Program-made: the position numbers and the translations under genes | Notes under the pieces: generated by a model | Databases searched by the model: none | The model's input: only the letters and a program-made list of their open reading frames with translations | Told to the model about the DNA's origin: nothing | NCBI GenBank assembly: GCA_018985225.1 | Contig: JADGIF010000221.1 | Span: 1 to 13,915 of the forward strand | Reading direction: 5' to 3' | DNA from: Amoeboradix gromovi X-113 | Lineage: Eukaryota; Fungi; Sanchytriomycota | DNA: 13,915 nt | In this document: positions 1 to 7,656 of the stretch, piece after piece | How the letters are laid out: the number at the start of each line of letters is the position of its first letter | Position numbering within the stretch: the stretch's first letter is position 1

Positions 1-69
1 CATAAAATTAATAAAGCTGAAATAATGTTCCAAGTTGTTACAGAAAGTTAGTCCAGTTTTTATATTTGA

Positions 70-76
70 TGTCCCA
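70..76 (+). promoter_or_regulatory. TGTCCCA motif 32 nt upstream of the FAR11 ATG
   Basis: The same heptamer lies in sense orientation upstream of BDP1 and RPF2. Confidence 0.45.
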
Positions 77-108
77 GATGTAAAACTATACATTTTTCAA
101 TACATTTC

Positions 109-1986
109 ATGAAACGTGAAGATAAGCACACTCTTGGCCCTCCGTTTATTTTCAATGAACTAGTTATTGGCTGCGATAGATTTATTAAAGAAGACGCCCC
201 AATTTTAGTAGATCTCATGTTTGACGGTACTGATATGAGTGCAACCAGTGAACATTTAAAGCTACTTCTCTCTCAAATGTACCATCGTAAAGAAGCTGAT
301 TTTAGGCATTTCCTGGATATTTGCCGCATATCTATCCGGCTTTTTGACTCTGTTAACACCAATGAATACTACATGTCTATTTTGATTTTAAACTTGTATT
401 CCTGGATCGACAAAAATGGAACTAAATCAATAATGCTTAAGAACGTAGACCTCATCCTTGCGCTGCTAAACAAAATTACTACTCATTTCAACCACCAACT
501 TATACGTAATACCATAGCTTTAATTAGCCAAATATTTCACATTTTTGCTACACCCAGTAAAACCCGAAAAAAAACGATGCAGATATCAATCGATGATTAT
601 TATGCCCTTCAAAACAACTTGTTTACTAGATATCAATTCATTCTGCCAAACTTGCCTCTTCCTTTTGTTAATAAATCGTCACATAGCATGGATCCTAACA
701 AACAACCAATCCACCCCTTACCTCAAAGTATTAAACAGGTTATCAACCTTTATTCAAATTATCTAACAATTAAAGATAAAGATTATTGCTGGTACAGAGA
801 ATATCAGGAAATGGAGAAATCTGCGTCATTAACATCTATGGGTATTTCTGCAAAACAAGCTCCCTCTTTAAATAAGCAGGACCCATTCTCATTGTTTGTG
901 AAAGCCTTTGTCCCTAATCTCAATGATTTTGTGCTAATTTTGTTAAAGCTCTTATTGATTGGAGCACCTATGCCCAGCAAATACGGCGGAAATACCCCTG
1001 AAACAAGTCCTTATGCCAGCACTTTGTTTGTTAAGGATCAGATCTCTGCTATCCACTTGGAAATGAACAGATATAGAGAAGCCCTGTTCTATTTTATAGT
1101 GGAAGCTCTTCTAAACTTGTTAGACTGCTTAAAATCCGATGATATCATATTGGAATATGTCAAATGCTTGTTAAATGATGCGAATCTGATTCCTCTTTTT
1201 TTAAAAATACTTCAATTTAAGGATCCTGTTAAGTTTATCCAAGGAATACCTGATAGAAGCAGCCTGAACATTCTGCCTGAAGTTGGCCCTTATTGTACGA
1301 CTACATTCAAGGCTTCTTTAAACGCATTCAAAATACTAAATAAGATTTCACGGCACAGCGTGAGTAGAAGCATAATGTTGGCAGTTCACAAGTCACCAGA
1401 TGTTCTAAAAAAGTGGAATTTGATAAACAATTCAGAAATTCAAATCGCTAGCCTTAAGTTACTAAAAATAGTTTTTCCATATGCTACGCGTAAGTTCAGA
1501 CAGACAAATATGAAGATTGCCTCTCAGATATATTGCACTCTCAAATTTGAACCTTTTGAATCATTTCTGAAATTCGAAGATACTGCGGCATGTCAGTTGA
1601 AAGGAGATGCAAAAGATATAGACAACCGCAAAGTAATATCACATAAACTAGATAGGCTACTAGGTGCAGGTCATTGGAGTAATTATGGGACATCTGATGA
1701 AAATAAAGAAATTGGCAGTTTTTTAAGGATTCAAAGCCAATTTTCGATCAGCACTTCAATAGAAGATGTAAGTGCTTTCACAAACGAAATGATGATCGAA
1801 TCCAAAGAAATGATTCGGTTGTTCATATCCAGAGACATAAATCAGCTAGTGAATGAAGACGATGTCGCTGCTGAAGAGGCTCAATTATGGGTCCAGTCTT
1901 TTAGCGACCTGTTCTTTTCAGATGACCGAATAGAGAACGAAATGGAGAAGGAACAAGCTTTGATTGTGGTAGATGAAATAAGTTAA
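109..1986 (+). CDS. FAR11: STRIPAK subunit Far11/STRIP1-2 family protein, 625 aa
   Basis: The C-terminal region (KILNKISRHSVSRSIMLAVHKSPDVLKK...LKLLKIVFPYATRKFRQTNMKIASQIYCTLK; RYREALFYFIVEALLNLL; DANLIPLFLKIL) matches the STRIP/Far11 DUF3402 pattern. The N-terminal half is divergent. Confidence 0.8.
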   Translation: MKREDKHTLGPPFIFNELVIGCDRFIKEDAPILVDLMFDGTDMSATSEHLKLLLSQMYHRKEADFRHFLDICRISIRLFDSVNTNEYYMSILILNLYSWIDKNGTKSIMLKNVDLILALLNKITTHFNHQLIRNTIALISQIFHIFATPSKTRKKTMQISIDDYYALQNNLFTRYQFILPNLPLPFVNKSSHSMDPNKQPIHPLPQSIKQVINLYSNYLTIKDKDYCWYREYQEMEKSASLTSMGISAKQAPSLNKQDPFSLFVKAFVPNLNDFVLILLKLLLIGAPMPSKYGGNTPETSPYASTLFVKDQISAIHLEMNRYREALFYFIVEALLNLLDCLKSDDIILEYVKCLLNDANLIPLFLKILQFKDPVKFIQGIPDRSSLNILPEVGPYCTTTFKASLNAFKILNKISRHSVSRSIMLAVHKSPDVLKKWNLINNSEIQIASLKLLKIVFPYATRKFRQTNMKIASQIYCTLKFEPFESFLKFEDTAACQLKGDAKDIDNRKVISHKLDRLLGAGHWSNYGTSDENKEIGSFLRIQSQFSISTSIEDVSAFTNEMMIESKEMIRLFISRDINQLVNEDDVAAEEAQLWVQSFSDLFFSDDRIENEMEKEQALIVVDEIS

Positions 1987-1987
1987 A

Positions 1988-1999
1988 AATAAATTTATT
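1988..1999. terminator. Bidirectional poly(A) signal AATAAATTTATT between convergent FAR11 and BDP1
   Basis: Perfect 12-bp palindrome giving AATAAA on both strands; it overlaps the BDP1 stop. Confidence 0.65.
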
Positions 2000-2840
2000 A
2001 CATGACAAGCATTGCAGACTCACTTTCACTGCTAAACTCGACTTGCCCAACAACCTCAACATTGTCTTCATCGTTCTGCTTTTGCTTTTTAGAATTCGAC
2101 AGCTTTTTGCTCTTTTTCAGTACAACTTCCTTGTTTTTTTCCTGCTCCTCCATTACTTTATAATATGGTCGAGGAACAGGTATATCAGCGTCTCTATACT
2201 TTTCGATCTCCTCAATATCGCAACCACATAGTTTGGCGAATTCTTGAGTATTAATAAACTCTTTGCGAGAGAGACATAAATTCATAAGCAAAGGATTTTT
2301 ACGCTCTTCGATCTTGTATTTGTTACGCACTTGAATACGCGTCTTATTGTTTAGAGCCCCTGCTATTAATCCGAAGTCAGTGCCCATTAAACTTAGCAAT
2401 TTATAAAACTTAATTGACTCTGCTTTTGACCACCCAGTGCGACTGGATTTCTTTTGAAAACTCTTTTCATTAATATATTCATCTTTCTCATCAACTAGCT
2501 CAGCTGTCTGTGCACGAGTATCTGTAACAACAATTTTGCCATCTATGATTTGCATTTGCTCAGTGACCTCATCAACATCGTCAAGATTCTCGTTTCTTGG
2601 CTGCACCTGAACTTTGGATCTCTTCCTCATTTTGAAAGTCTCGCCGGATATAGGTTTAATCGTGCAGAATGCCTTCAACGGCCATTGTTCACGAGGTAAG
2701 TTTTTCAAATCATTTTCACAGTCTGATTCACCGATTACTCTACTACTTGGTTTAATTGGATCCATGTCATCTGAGGAGCTTAATAGCACTGCATGGTTTG
2801 AGGAAGTCTTCCGTTTCTTGGTTCCTTTAATTGTTGGCAT
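1998..2840 (-). CDS. BDP1: TFIIIB subunit B'' (Bdp1), SANT/Myb-like domain, about 280 aa
   Basis: WSKAESIKFYKLLSLMGTDFGLIAGALNNKTRIQVRNKYKIEERKNP is the Bdp1 SANT signature, preceded by QMQIIDGKIVV and YINEKSFQKK. The ORF track starts at GTG 2882; the first ATG is at 2840. Confidence 0.88.
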   Translation of the reverse strand: MPTIKGTKKRKTSSNHAVLLSSSDDMDPIKPSSRVIGESDCENDLKNLPREQWPLKAFCTIKPISGETFKMRKRSKVQVQPRNENLDDVDEVTEQMQIIDGKIVVTDTRAQTAELVDEKDEYINEKSFQKKSSRTGWSKAESIKFYKLLSLMGTDFGLIAGALNNKTRIQVRNKYKIEERKNPLLMNLCLSRKEFINTQEFAKLCGCDIEEIEKYRDADIPVPRPYYKVMEEQEKNKEVVLKKSKKLSNSKKQKQNDEDNVEVVGQVEFSSESESAMLVM

Positions 2841-2874
2841 TACGAAATCTATCTCCGTTGTTTTGCTGCACTTC

Positions 2875-2881
2875 TGGGACA
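2875..2881 (-). promoter_or_regulatory. TGTCCCA motif 34 nt upstream of the BDP1 ATG
   Basis: Context GTGTCCCA...AACGGAG is shared with the RPF2 upstream region. Confidence 0.45.
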
Positions 2882-3039
2882 CAATCTATATTGATGCACT
2901 ATCATTAACATTTCGAGAGACCTAATACATACCTTTTAATCGCCTTGACGTTTAATCTCTAACACTTACTGAATGGTGTTATTCTGAAAATTATTAAATT
3001 GGAAAAAACGCAGTGTTATATTTGAATTTTTCTCAGTAA

Positions 3040-3345
3040 AAACTAGATCAGAAATGGTTTTAACTTTAAATTCCTTAATGAAATAATAGCGAAACCAAGC
3101 CAGATGCTACCTTGTTTGTGAACAGGACGACGTTGCCAACATCAAGACAGAACACCAAAATGGTTATCGGCTGAGGTATTGCAACATGTGCTCAAGTGCT
3201 AATCAGCCAAGCTGTTTTGAAAGAGATATTGCGAGTGCATTTTTCTTGTTGAGAAAGGCTTGATGGCATTTTATGGGGCTGAAAAATGTTGCCAGGAAGC
3301 CCTTGGAGTTGGGAAGATTGCTGAAATTGGATCCCATATTGCGTA
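3040..3345 (+). mobile_element. Degenerate Fanzor/TnpB C-terminal relic A (Fanzor1-like)
   Basis: Joined across frameshifts: KWFNFKFLNE(3080)...SQ / C(3105)YLVC(3117)EQDDVANIKTEHQNGYRLRYC(3180)NMC(3189)SSANQP / AVLKRD(3226)IASA / FLVEKGLMAFYG. This is the order Glu, CxxxC, RLxxCxxC, RDxxxA seen in the RuvC-II / zinc ribbon / RuvC-III region. Boundaries are approximate. Confidence 0.6.
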
Positions 3346-3473
3346 TAATCAAGATAATTGATGTTTAAGCAAAACTGGTAACTGAATAACTAACTATTTA
3401 TAACGCGCACGGCTTCTAAAATCCCGTCAAGCAATTTTGGGTTCATTAGCATAAATAAAATTAAAGAACAAAT

Positions 3474-3761
3474 TTATTTTTGGCCAATTTTATGAATATC
3501 TTCGATTACTTTAAGATCTTGCTCATCTAAATCGTCGATAAAGAAACTCAAGTTATTTTTTACTATTTCTTTATATATTGACACTCCCACCTTTGAATAA
3601 TCAAGCGTGTTTGAGTTCGCCAACTCGAATAATTTTTTCTTATTAAAATCAGAATTCATTAACTTCTTGAATTTGGTATGCATCAACTTAGAGATAAGAT
3701 GTTTACAAGAGCCAGATAAAAGCTCATTCAGCTCCAAATTTGATACTTTTTGTAGTGGCAT
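3474..3761 (-). CDS. Hypothetical protein, 95 aa from the first ATG (MPLQKVSNLELNELL...IHKIGQK)
   Basis: Open frame with globular, charged composition. It ends in AAA-TAA-AT like the bona fide genes here. No family recognised. The ORF track start (GTG 3797) is non-ATG. Confidence 0.55.
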   Translation of the reverse strand: MPLQKVSNLELNELLSGSCKHLISKLMHTKFKKLMNSDFNKKKLFELANSNTLDYSKVGVSIYKEIVKNNLSFFIDDLDEQDLKVIEDIHKIGQK

Positions 3762-3922
3762 TGGAAAGAACCAGAAACTGACCCATAATTCATCCACTTT
3801 AAAAAGTAGACTAACTTGTATTTACAAAGAGTGCGTATTTATCATCTTAAAACTAGGCTGCAAAGTTGCTCTCGTTTCTTCTCTACCAGTCACGTCTTTC
3901 GCCATTAACAACAGGCGATTAC

Positions 3923-4020
3923 TTACTTGAAAATTGTTTGGGATGCATACACATCTCCATGCACAAATAAGTCACAGGTATTGTGCGGTTAACCACATAT
4001 AAATAACTATCTCATTTCTT
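3923..4020 (-). mobile_element. Degenerate Fanzor/TnpB C-terminal relic B
   Basis: A single minus frame reads KEMR*LFIC(3997)G*PHNTC(3976)DLFVHG(3958)DVYASQTIFK*. This resembles RxFxC..C..xxRDxNASxNI, with R>G and N>Y each one nucleotide away. A hairpin TCGCC-N10-GGCGA (3899-3918) follows immediately. Confidence 0.55.
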
Positions 4021-4060
4021 TTTGTCATACCTTTTACCCCTCTAGTATACCTTTCACGAC

Positions 4061-4939
4061 ATGTCGCACACATCTTACGAAATCAAACCGCTCTTGCAGT
4101 CGATGTTGGAAGAGAAGGGCACAAGGGTTACTATGAAAATTGTGAAGCAGTATCTAAAAGATAGAAACGTTGAAATACCAGAGAAACTTATATTAAAGGG
4201 TTTGGTGCAAGATGCATTAGAGAATTTTGATGGGTCCAGCTCAGGATCTGAATCCCAGAGAACTATTAAAAGAAGCAGCTCTGACCCAGAACCAGTAAGT
4301 CTTCAAGAGATAAATGCTGGGCAAACCGCTACTGGTGCAACTTCTAAAGCTAGAGCTGGACAGCAGTTGGTAAAAAAAGGGGTAACTGCATCAGTGAAAA
4401 ATAACACCGGCACCTCTGCAGTTGAATCTAAGAGGGTTGAGAAAATTAAGAATTTGCCAAAATCGGTCAAAGCTCCTAGTACACTTTACCGCTACTTTAA
4501 GGCCGCGACTATTACAATTCCGTACAAGGGGCTGAAATCTATGTCTTTAAAGGAGCAATATTGCCATTTAGTTGACCTTTTGACAAACAATTTTATAAGG
4601 TGTAAAATAGAGTTACCAATAGAAAACAAGACTACTTCAAAGTATTATAAATGCAGCGACAGAAAGTGGACAATTGATCTGTGCAAACAAGTTGCAGAAG
4701 AGCTAGAATTAAAGAGAGAAATGGAGGAATTAAGAATTGATGGTAGGGGATTTTCAGGAGAACCTATCTTTGGCGGCAGAGCTTCCAATGGGAGTAAAAT
4801 AAAAGACGAGGATGTTTTTTCGCAAGAATCTGAATTTTCAAGTTTGGAGAGTGATAAAATTAATACTGTCAATAAACGTTCGATATCATCGAGTGATTCA
4901 GATAAAAGCTCTCGTGTAAAGAAGACCAAGATGGAGTAA
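4061..4939 (+). CDS. HIRIP3-like histone chaperone with N-terminal DEK-C-like domain, 292 aa
   Basis: N-terminal EIKPLLQSML...VTMKIVKQYL...ILKGLVQDAL fits DEK-C. After a low-complexity linker, LYRYFKAA...YKGL...EQYCHLVDLL...TIDLCKQVAEELELKREMEEL resembles the conserved HIRIP3 C-terminal region. The tail is Ser/acidic/basic. Confidence 0.55.
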   Translation: MSHTSYEIKPLLQSMLEEKGTRVTMKIVKQYLKDRNVEIPEKLILKGLVQDALENFDGSSSGSESQRTIKRSSSDPEPVSLQEINAGQTATGATSKARAGQQLVKKGVTASVKNNTGTSAVESKRVEKIKNLPKSVKAPSTLYRYFKAATITIPYKGLKSMSLKEQYCHLVDLLTNNFIRCKIELPIENKTTSKYYKCSDRKWTIDLCKQVAEELELKREMEELRIDGRGFSGEPIFGGRASNGSKIKDEDVFSQESEFSSLESDKINTVNKRSISSSDSDKSSRVKKTKME

Positions 4940-4959
4940 ATTTGTTTTTCGTCAAGATT

Positions 4960-5130
4960 TGTCCACTACCGTAAATCTAATTTCCTGGATTGGCTACCAT
5001 ATATACAAAAACATTTACCAATCAGACTTATACTACGTATGGAACGTTGGAAAAAGCAAACTAGAGACTGTAAATATGCAAATTGTCATCTACAGCTAGA
5101 TAGAGGTTATATTGCATCGAAGAACTTAAA
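4960..5130 (+). mobile_element. Degenerate Fanzor/TnpB C-terminal relic C (Fanzor2/IS607-TnpB-like)
   Basis: VHYR(4964-4972) / FPGLATIYTK(5008)TFTNQTY(5029)TTY(5038)GTLEKAN*RL / KY(5075)ANC(5084)HLQLDRG(5105)YIASKNL. Single-base reversions give HYR...TExFTSQTCTTCGTL...RLxKCANCHLQLDRDYNASKNL, a near-textbook TnpB/Fanzor C-terminus. Confidence 0.75.
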
Positions 5131-5249
5131 CTTTAAACCCATGCATAATTGTCCTCTGACTTATTCAACTTCTTTTCGGAAAGTTTTGATATTTTAGGTA
5201 AATAGCACTTTTTATTAGGAGTATTCAAGAGACGTCGGCCATTTGTTTT

Positions 5250-6320
5250 ATGCTTGGTTGGAAGGATATTGTGAACAACTCGTCTATTACAGAGGATAAA
5301 AGATCAAGCTTTATATGCAAATATTGTGAATTTAAAGCTCCATACCATAAAGAAATTGTCATTCCACATTGTGCAACTTGCGTGAAATCCCCAAAAGAAA
5401 TGCGATCATCATTTTGCGATGAAATTGACGAGGTTTGCCCTGGAATTCTAGAGAAATACAATAACAATTTATTGAATACCAAGAGATTAAATCATAAGTG
5501 GGAGAACATTGTTACTAGCCATGTCATAGTATCAAACAACTTATTTACATGTTTGCTCTGCGAAGTTACTGATGTGTATACTAAAAACTCTGTGATTCTG
5601 CATTTTTCAAACTGCTCATCAGAAAAAACCCAGATTTTAGAGCAAATTAACAATGATCTAATAGAATTTGGATCTGAAAAACTGTTAAATATCAGTTGTG
5701 GTCTTCAAGAACTAAAAACATACAGCTGGAAGTCAATTTGCTTAAAGTATGGCATATTTTCGGAATCGAATTTCATCTGTATGATGTGCATACCCGGTAA
5801 AGTTCAGAATGTGCCAACTCCAAATAAATCTGGAGTGGTTCGGCATTTGTTAAGCTGCTCTGGAATGTCTCCATTTCTTGATGATTTTATGATACTTATG
5901 GAAGATTATGGCGATGGAGCCTCACAGTATTTGAAATATATAAGCCCATCAAAAAATGACCCTGGAAGAAAGAATATAAAATATCATAAGAACCTAATTG
6001 GTGCAAAACCTGTACCAAACGCATACAAAAAGACTCTAGAATTGGGTAGACTTGGAGAGTCTGCAGCTATTTCTATGGATAAACCTGTTTACAAAGCATA
6101 CAATGAAAACTGGGTACAATTGGGTATACACTACGGAGTGTTCTACTTGGAAAAATGCAGGTTTCTTTGCGGCAAGTGCAGCAAGTACATATACCATGAC
6201 AGAAAAATTGTGTTAAGACATTTATGCATATGTATAACCGACGAGCAAGAACATAAAAAGCTGATCAGAAAAATAAAACAATTTTGCCCAAAATTAGTCA
6301 CCAAATTTGATCTAGAATAA
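5250..6320 (+). CDS. Protein with four tandem BED-like CCHC zinc fingers, 356 aa
   Basis: Four units of W-x16-18-C-x2-C-x13-18-H-x3-C, each with FxC before the first Cys, at aa 4-44, 84-122, 160-203 and 288-328. Confidence 0.7.
   Translation: MLGWKDIVNNSSITEDKRSSFICKYCEFKAPYHKEIVIPHCATCVKSPKEMRSSFCDEIDEVCPGILEKYNNNLLNTKRLNHKWENIVTSHVIVSNNLFTCLLCEVTDVYTKNSVILHFSNCSSEKTQILEQINNDLIEFGSEKLLNISCGLQELKTYSWKSICLKYGIFSESNFICMMCIPGKVQNVPTPNKSGVVRHLLSCSGMSPFLDDFMILMEDYGDGASQYLKYISPSKNDPGRKNIKYHKNLIGAKPVPNAYKKTLELGRLGESAAISMDKPVYKAYNENWVQLGIHYGVFYLEKCRFLCGKCSKYIYHDRKIVLRHLCICITDEQEHKKLIRKIKQFCPKLVTKFDLE
5259..6233 (+). repeat. Four protein-level zinc-finger repeats (5259-5381, 5499-5615, 5727-5858, 6111-6233)
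   Basis: FICKYC..IVIPHCATC; FTCLLC..SVILHFSNC; FICMMC..GVVRHLLSC; FLCGKC..IVLRHLCIC. Confidence 0.8.
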
Positions 6321-6393
6321 CTTTTTTTAATAAATTGGGTCCTCTATTTGGCATAAATTAAAATTCTTCAAGTGAAACGTTTTCACAATAGAC

Positions 6394-7647
6394 ATGTCAA
6401 AAATTAAACTTGGATTCATTGGATGGGGAGAAATGTCTAAAATGTACTACAGGCATCTGGAAAATGTAGAGTATCTTGTGAATGATCTGGCGCATGTTCT
6501 CCCGAATATTATTAGTGCGTATCCAGACGTCAAAGTTTATGAAAATCCTATTCATGTAGCAAGAGAAGCAGACTATTTGATATTTAGTGTAGACACCAAA
6601 TCACTAGAGCCTGTTGTTAAGCTGGTTGGGCCTAGCATTAAAATGAATGCTATTGTTGGAGGTACGACTTCCATTAAGCAAATGGAGATTGAATTATTTG
6701 AGAAATACGTGCCAAGTGATGTGGCAATTATTACATTCCATTCCATGCATGGGCCATTGGTCGACCCTACTGGCATGCCGCTTGTCTTTATCCCTTTTAG
6801 GTGTACTTCTATACAGAAGACAATTGTATTAAAGCTCTTAGCACCATTAAAATCCAAACTAGTAGAGATGGAGACTGGAAGTGAGCATGATAGAATAACA
6901 GCAGATACACAAGCCGTAACTCATGTCAGCTTCATGGCCATGGGATTAGCTTGGAAGAACCAGGCTCTCTACCCGTGGGAAACGGATTTGTATGTTGGTG
7001 GGATCGAAAATGTCAAAATTGGATTTATGTGCAGAATATTCAACAGTGCATGGCATGTCTATGCCGGGTTAGCTATAAGTAATACCAATGCCCACTTTCA
7101 AGTCAGTCAATATTCAAAAAGTGTTCAAAGCCTATTCCGGTTAATGATAGAGGAAAATGAAGTAGAATTTAGGAGTCGCATATACAAAGCCAAAGAATTT
7201 GTATTTAAGAACAGAGGCTCTGAATTGCTGCTTAGCGATGCTGTATTGCAAAAGCACTCACTTGGTGGTCCAACTACTCCAAAACTATCTAACTCGCATT
7301 TATCATTGTTGGCTGTGGTAGACAGCTGGTATGCTCTAGGAGTTAGCCCATATGATCATTTAATATGTGAAACTCCTCCATTTAGATTGTGGTTGGGGAT
7401 TGTCGAATATTTGTTTTGCAATGACACACTGCTAGAACTGTCAATCCAAACTGCATTGTTTAACAAAAGCATTAGATCTGATGATCTTGCGTTCTGCGCA
7501 GCAGCTCAAACATGGGTACAATTAATATGCACTAAATCTTATGAATCATACAAAACGCAATTTGAAGAAATACAGCTGTTCTTTAAAGACAAATTGAAAG
7601 CTGGGTTTGACATGTCAAGCAAAATAATAACAAAGTTGAAAAAATAA
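6394..7647 (+). CDS. TYR1: Prephenate dehydrogenase, fungal type, 417 aa
   Basis: Rossmann GFIGWGEM, HSMHGP, HDRITADTQAVTH, YPWE..YVGGIENVK, NSHLSLLAVVDSW and PYDHLICETPPFRLWLG are characteristic of fungal Tyr1. Confidence 0.95.
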   Translation: MSKIKLGFIGWGEMSKMYYRHLENVEYLVNDLAHVLPNIISAYPDVKVYENPIHVAREADYLIFSVDTKSLEPVVKLVGPSIKMNAIVGGTTSIKQMEIELFEKYVPSDVAIITFHSMHGPLVDPTGMPLVFIPFRCTSIQKTIVLKLLAPLKSKLVEMETGSEHDRITADTQAVTHVSFMAMGLAWKNQALYPWETDLYVGGIENVKIGFMCRIFNSAWHVYAGLAISNTNAHFQVSQYSKSVQSLFRLMIEENEVEFRSRIYKAKEFVFKNRGSELLLSDAVLQKHSLGGPTTPKLSNSHLSLLAVVDSWYALGVSPYDHLICETPPFRLWLGIVEYLFCNDTLLELSIQTALFNKSIRSDDLAFCAAAQTWVQLICTKSYESYKTQFEEIQLFFKDKLKAGFDMSSKIITKLKK

Positions 7648-7656
7648 ATTTATTTT
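7641..7656. terminator. Bidirectional poly(A) signal AAAATAAATTTATTTT containing the TYR1 and RPF2 stop codons
   Basis: Perfect 16-bp palindrome. The two TAA stops are 2 nt apart and each lies inside an AATAAA. Confidence 0.7.

Noticed and set aside
2886-2969. GTAAGT (2969) and GTATGT (2932) donor-like sites upstream of BDP1
   Set aside because: I found no donor/acceptor combination giving an open upstream exon with an ATG; ATG 2840 is sufficient.
3075-4028. Minus-strand frame of 318 codons with only five internal stops, suggesting readthrough, recoding or one pseudogene
   Set aside because: The stops are of all three types. The 3075-3210 part is the antisense register of relic A, the middle is the 95-aa ORF with its own poly(A) signal, and the peptide has no recognisable motif.
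2928-4036. 11-bp direct repeat CATACCTTTTA (2928, 4026) and 9-bp inverted repeat TAATCGCCT (2937, 3913)
   Set aside because: Matches of this length are expected by chance in 14 kb of AT-rich DNA, and they do not bound a coherent element.
4940-5197. 85 open codons in frame after the HIRIP3-like stop (possible readthrough extension)
   Set aside because: Better explained by relic C coding sequence occupying this frame; the stop carries an AGTAAA signal.
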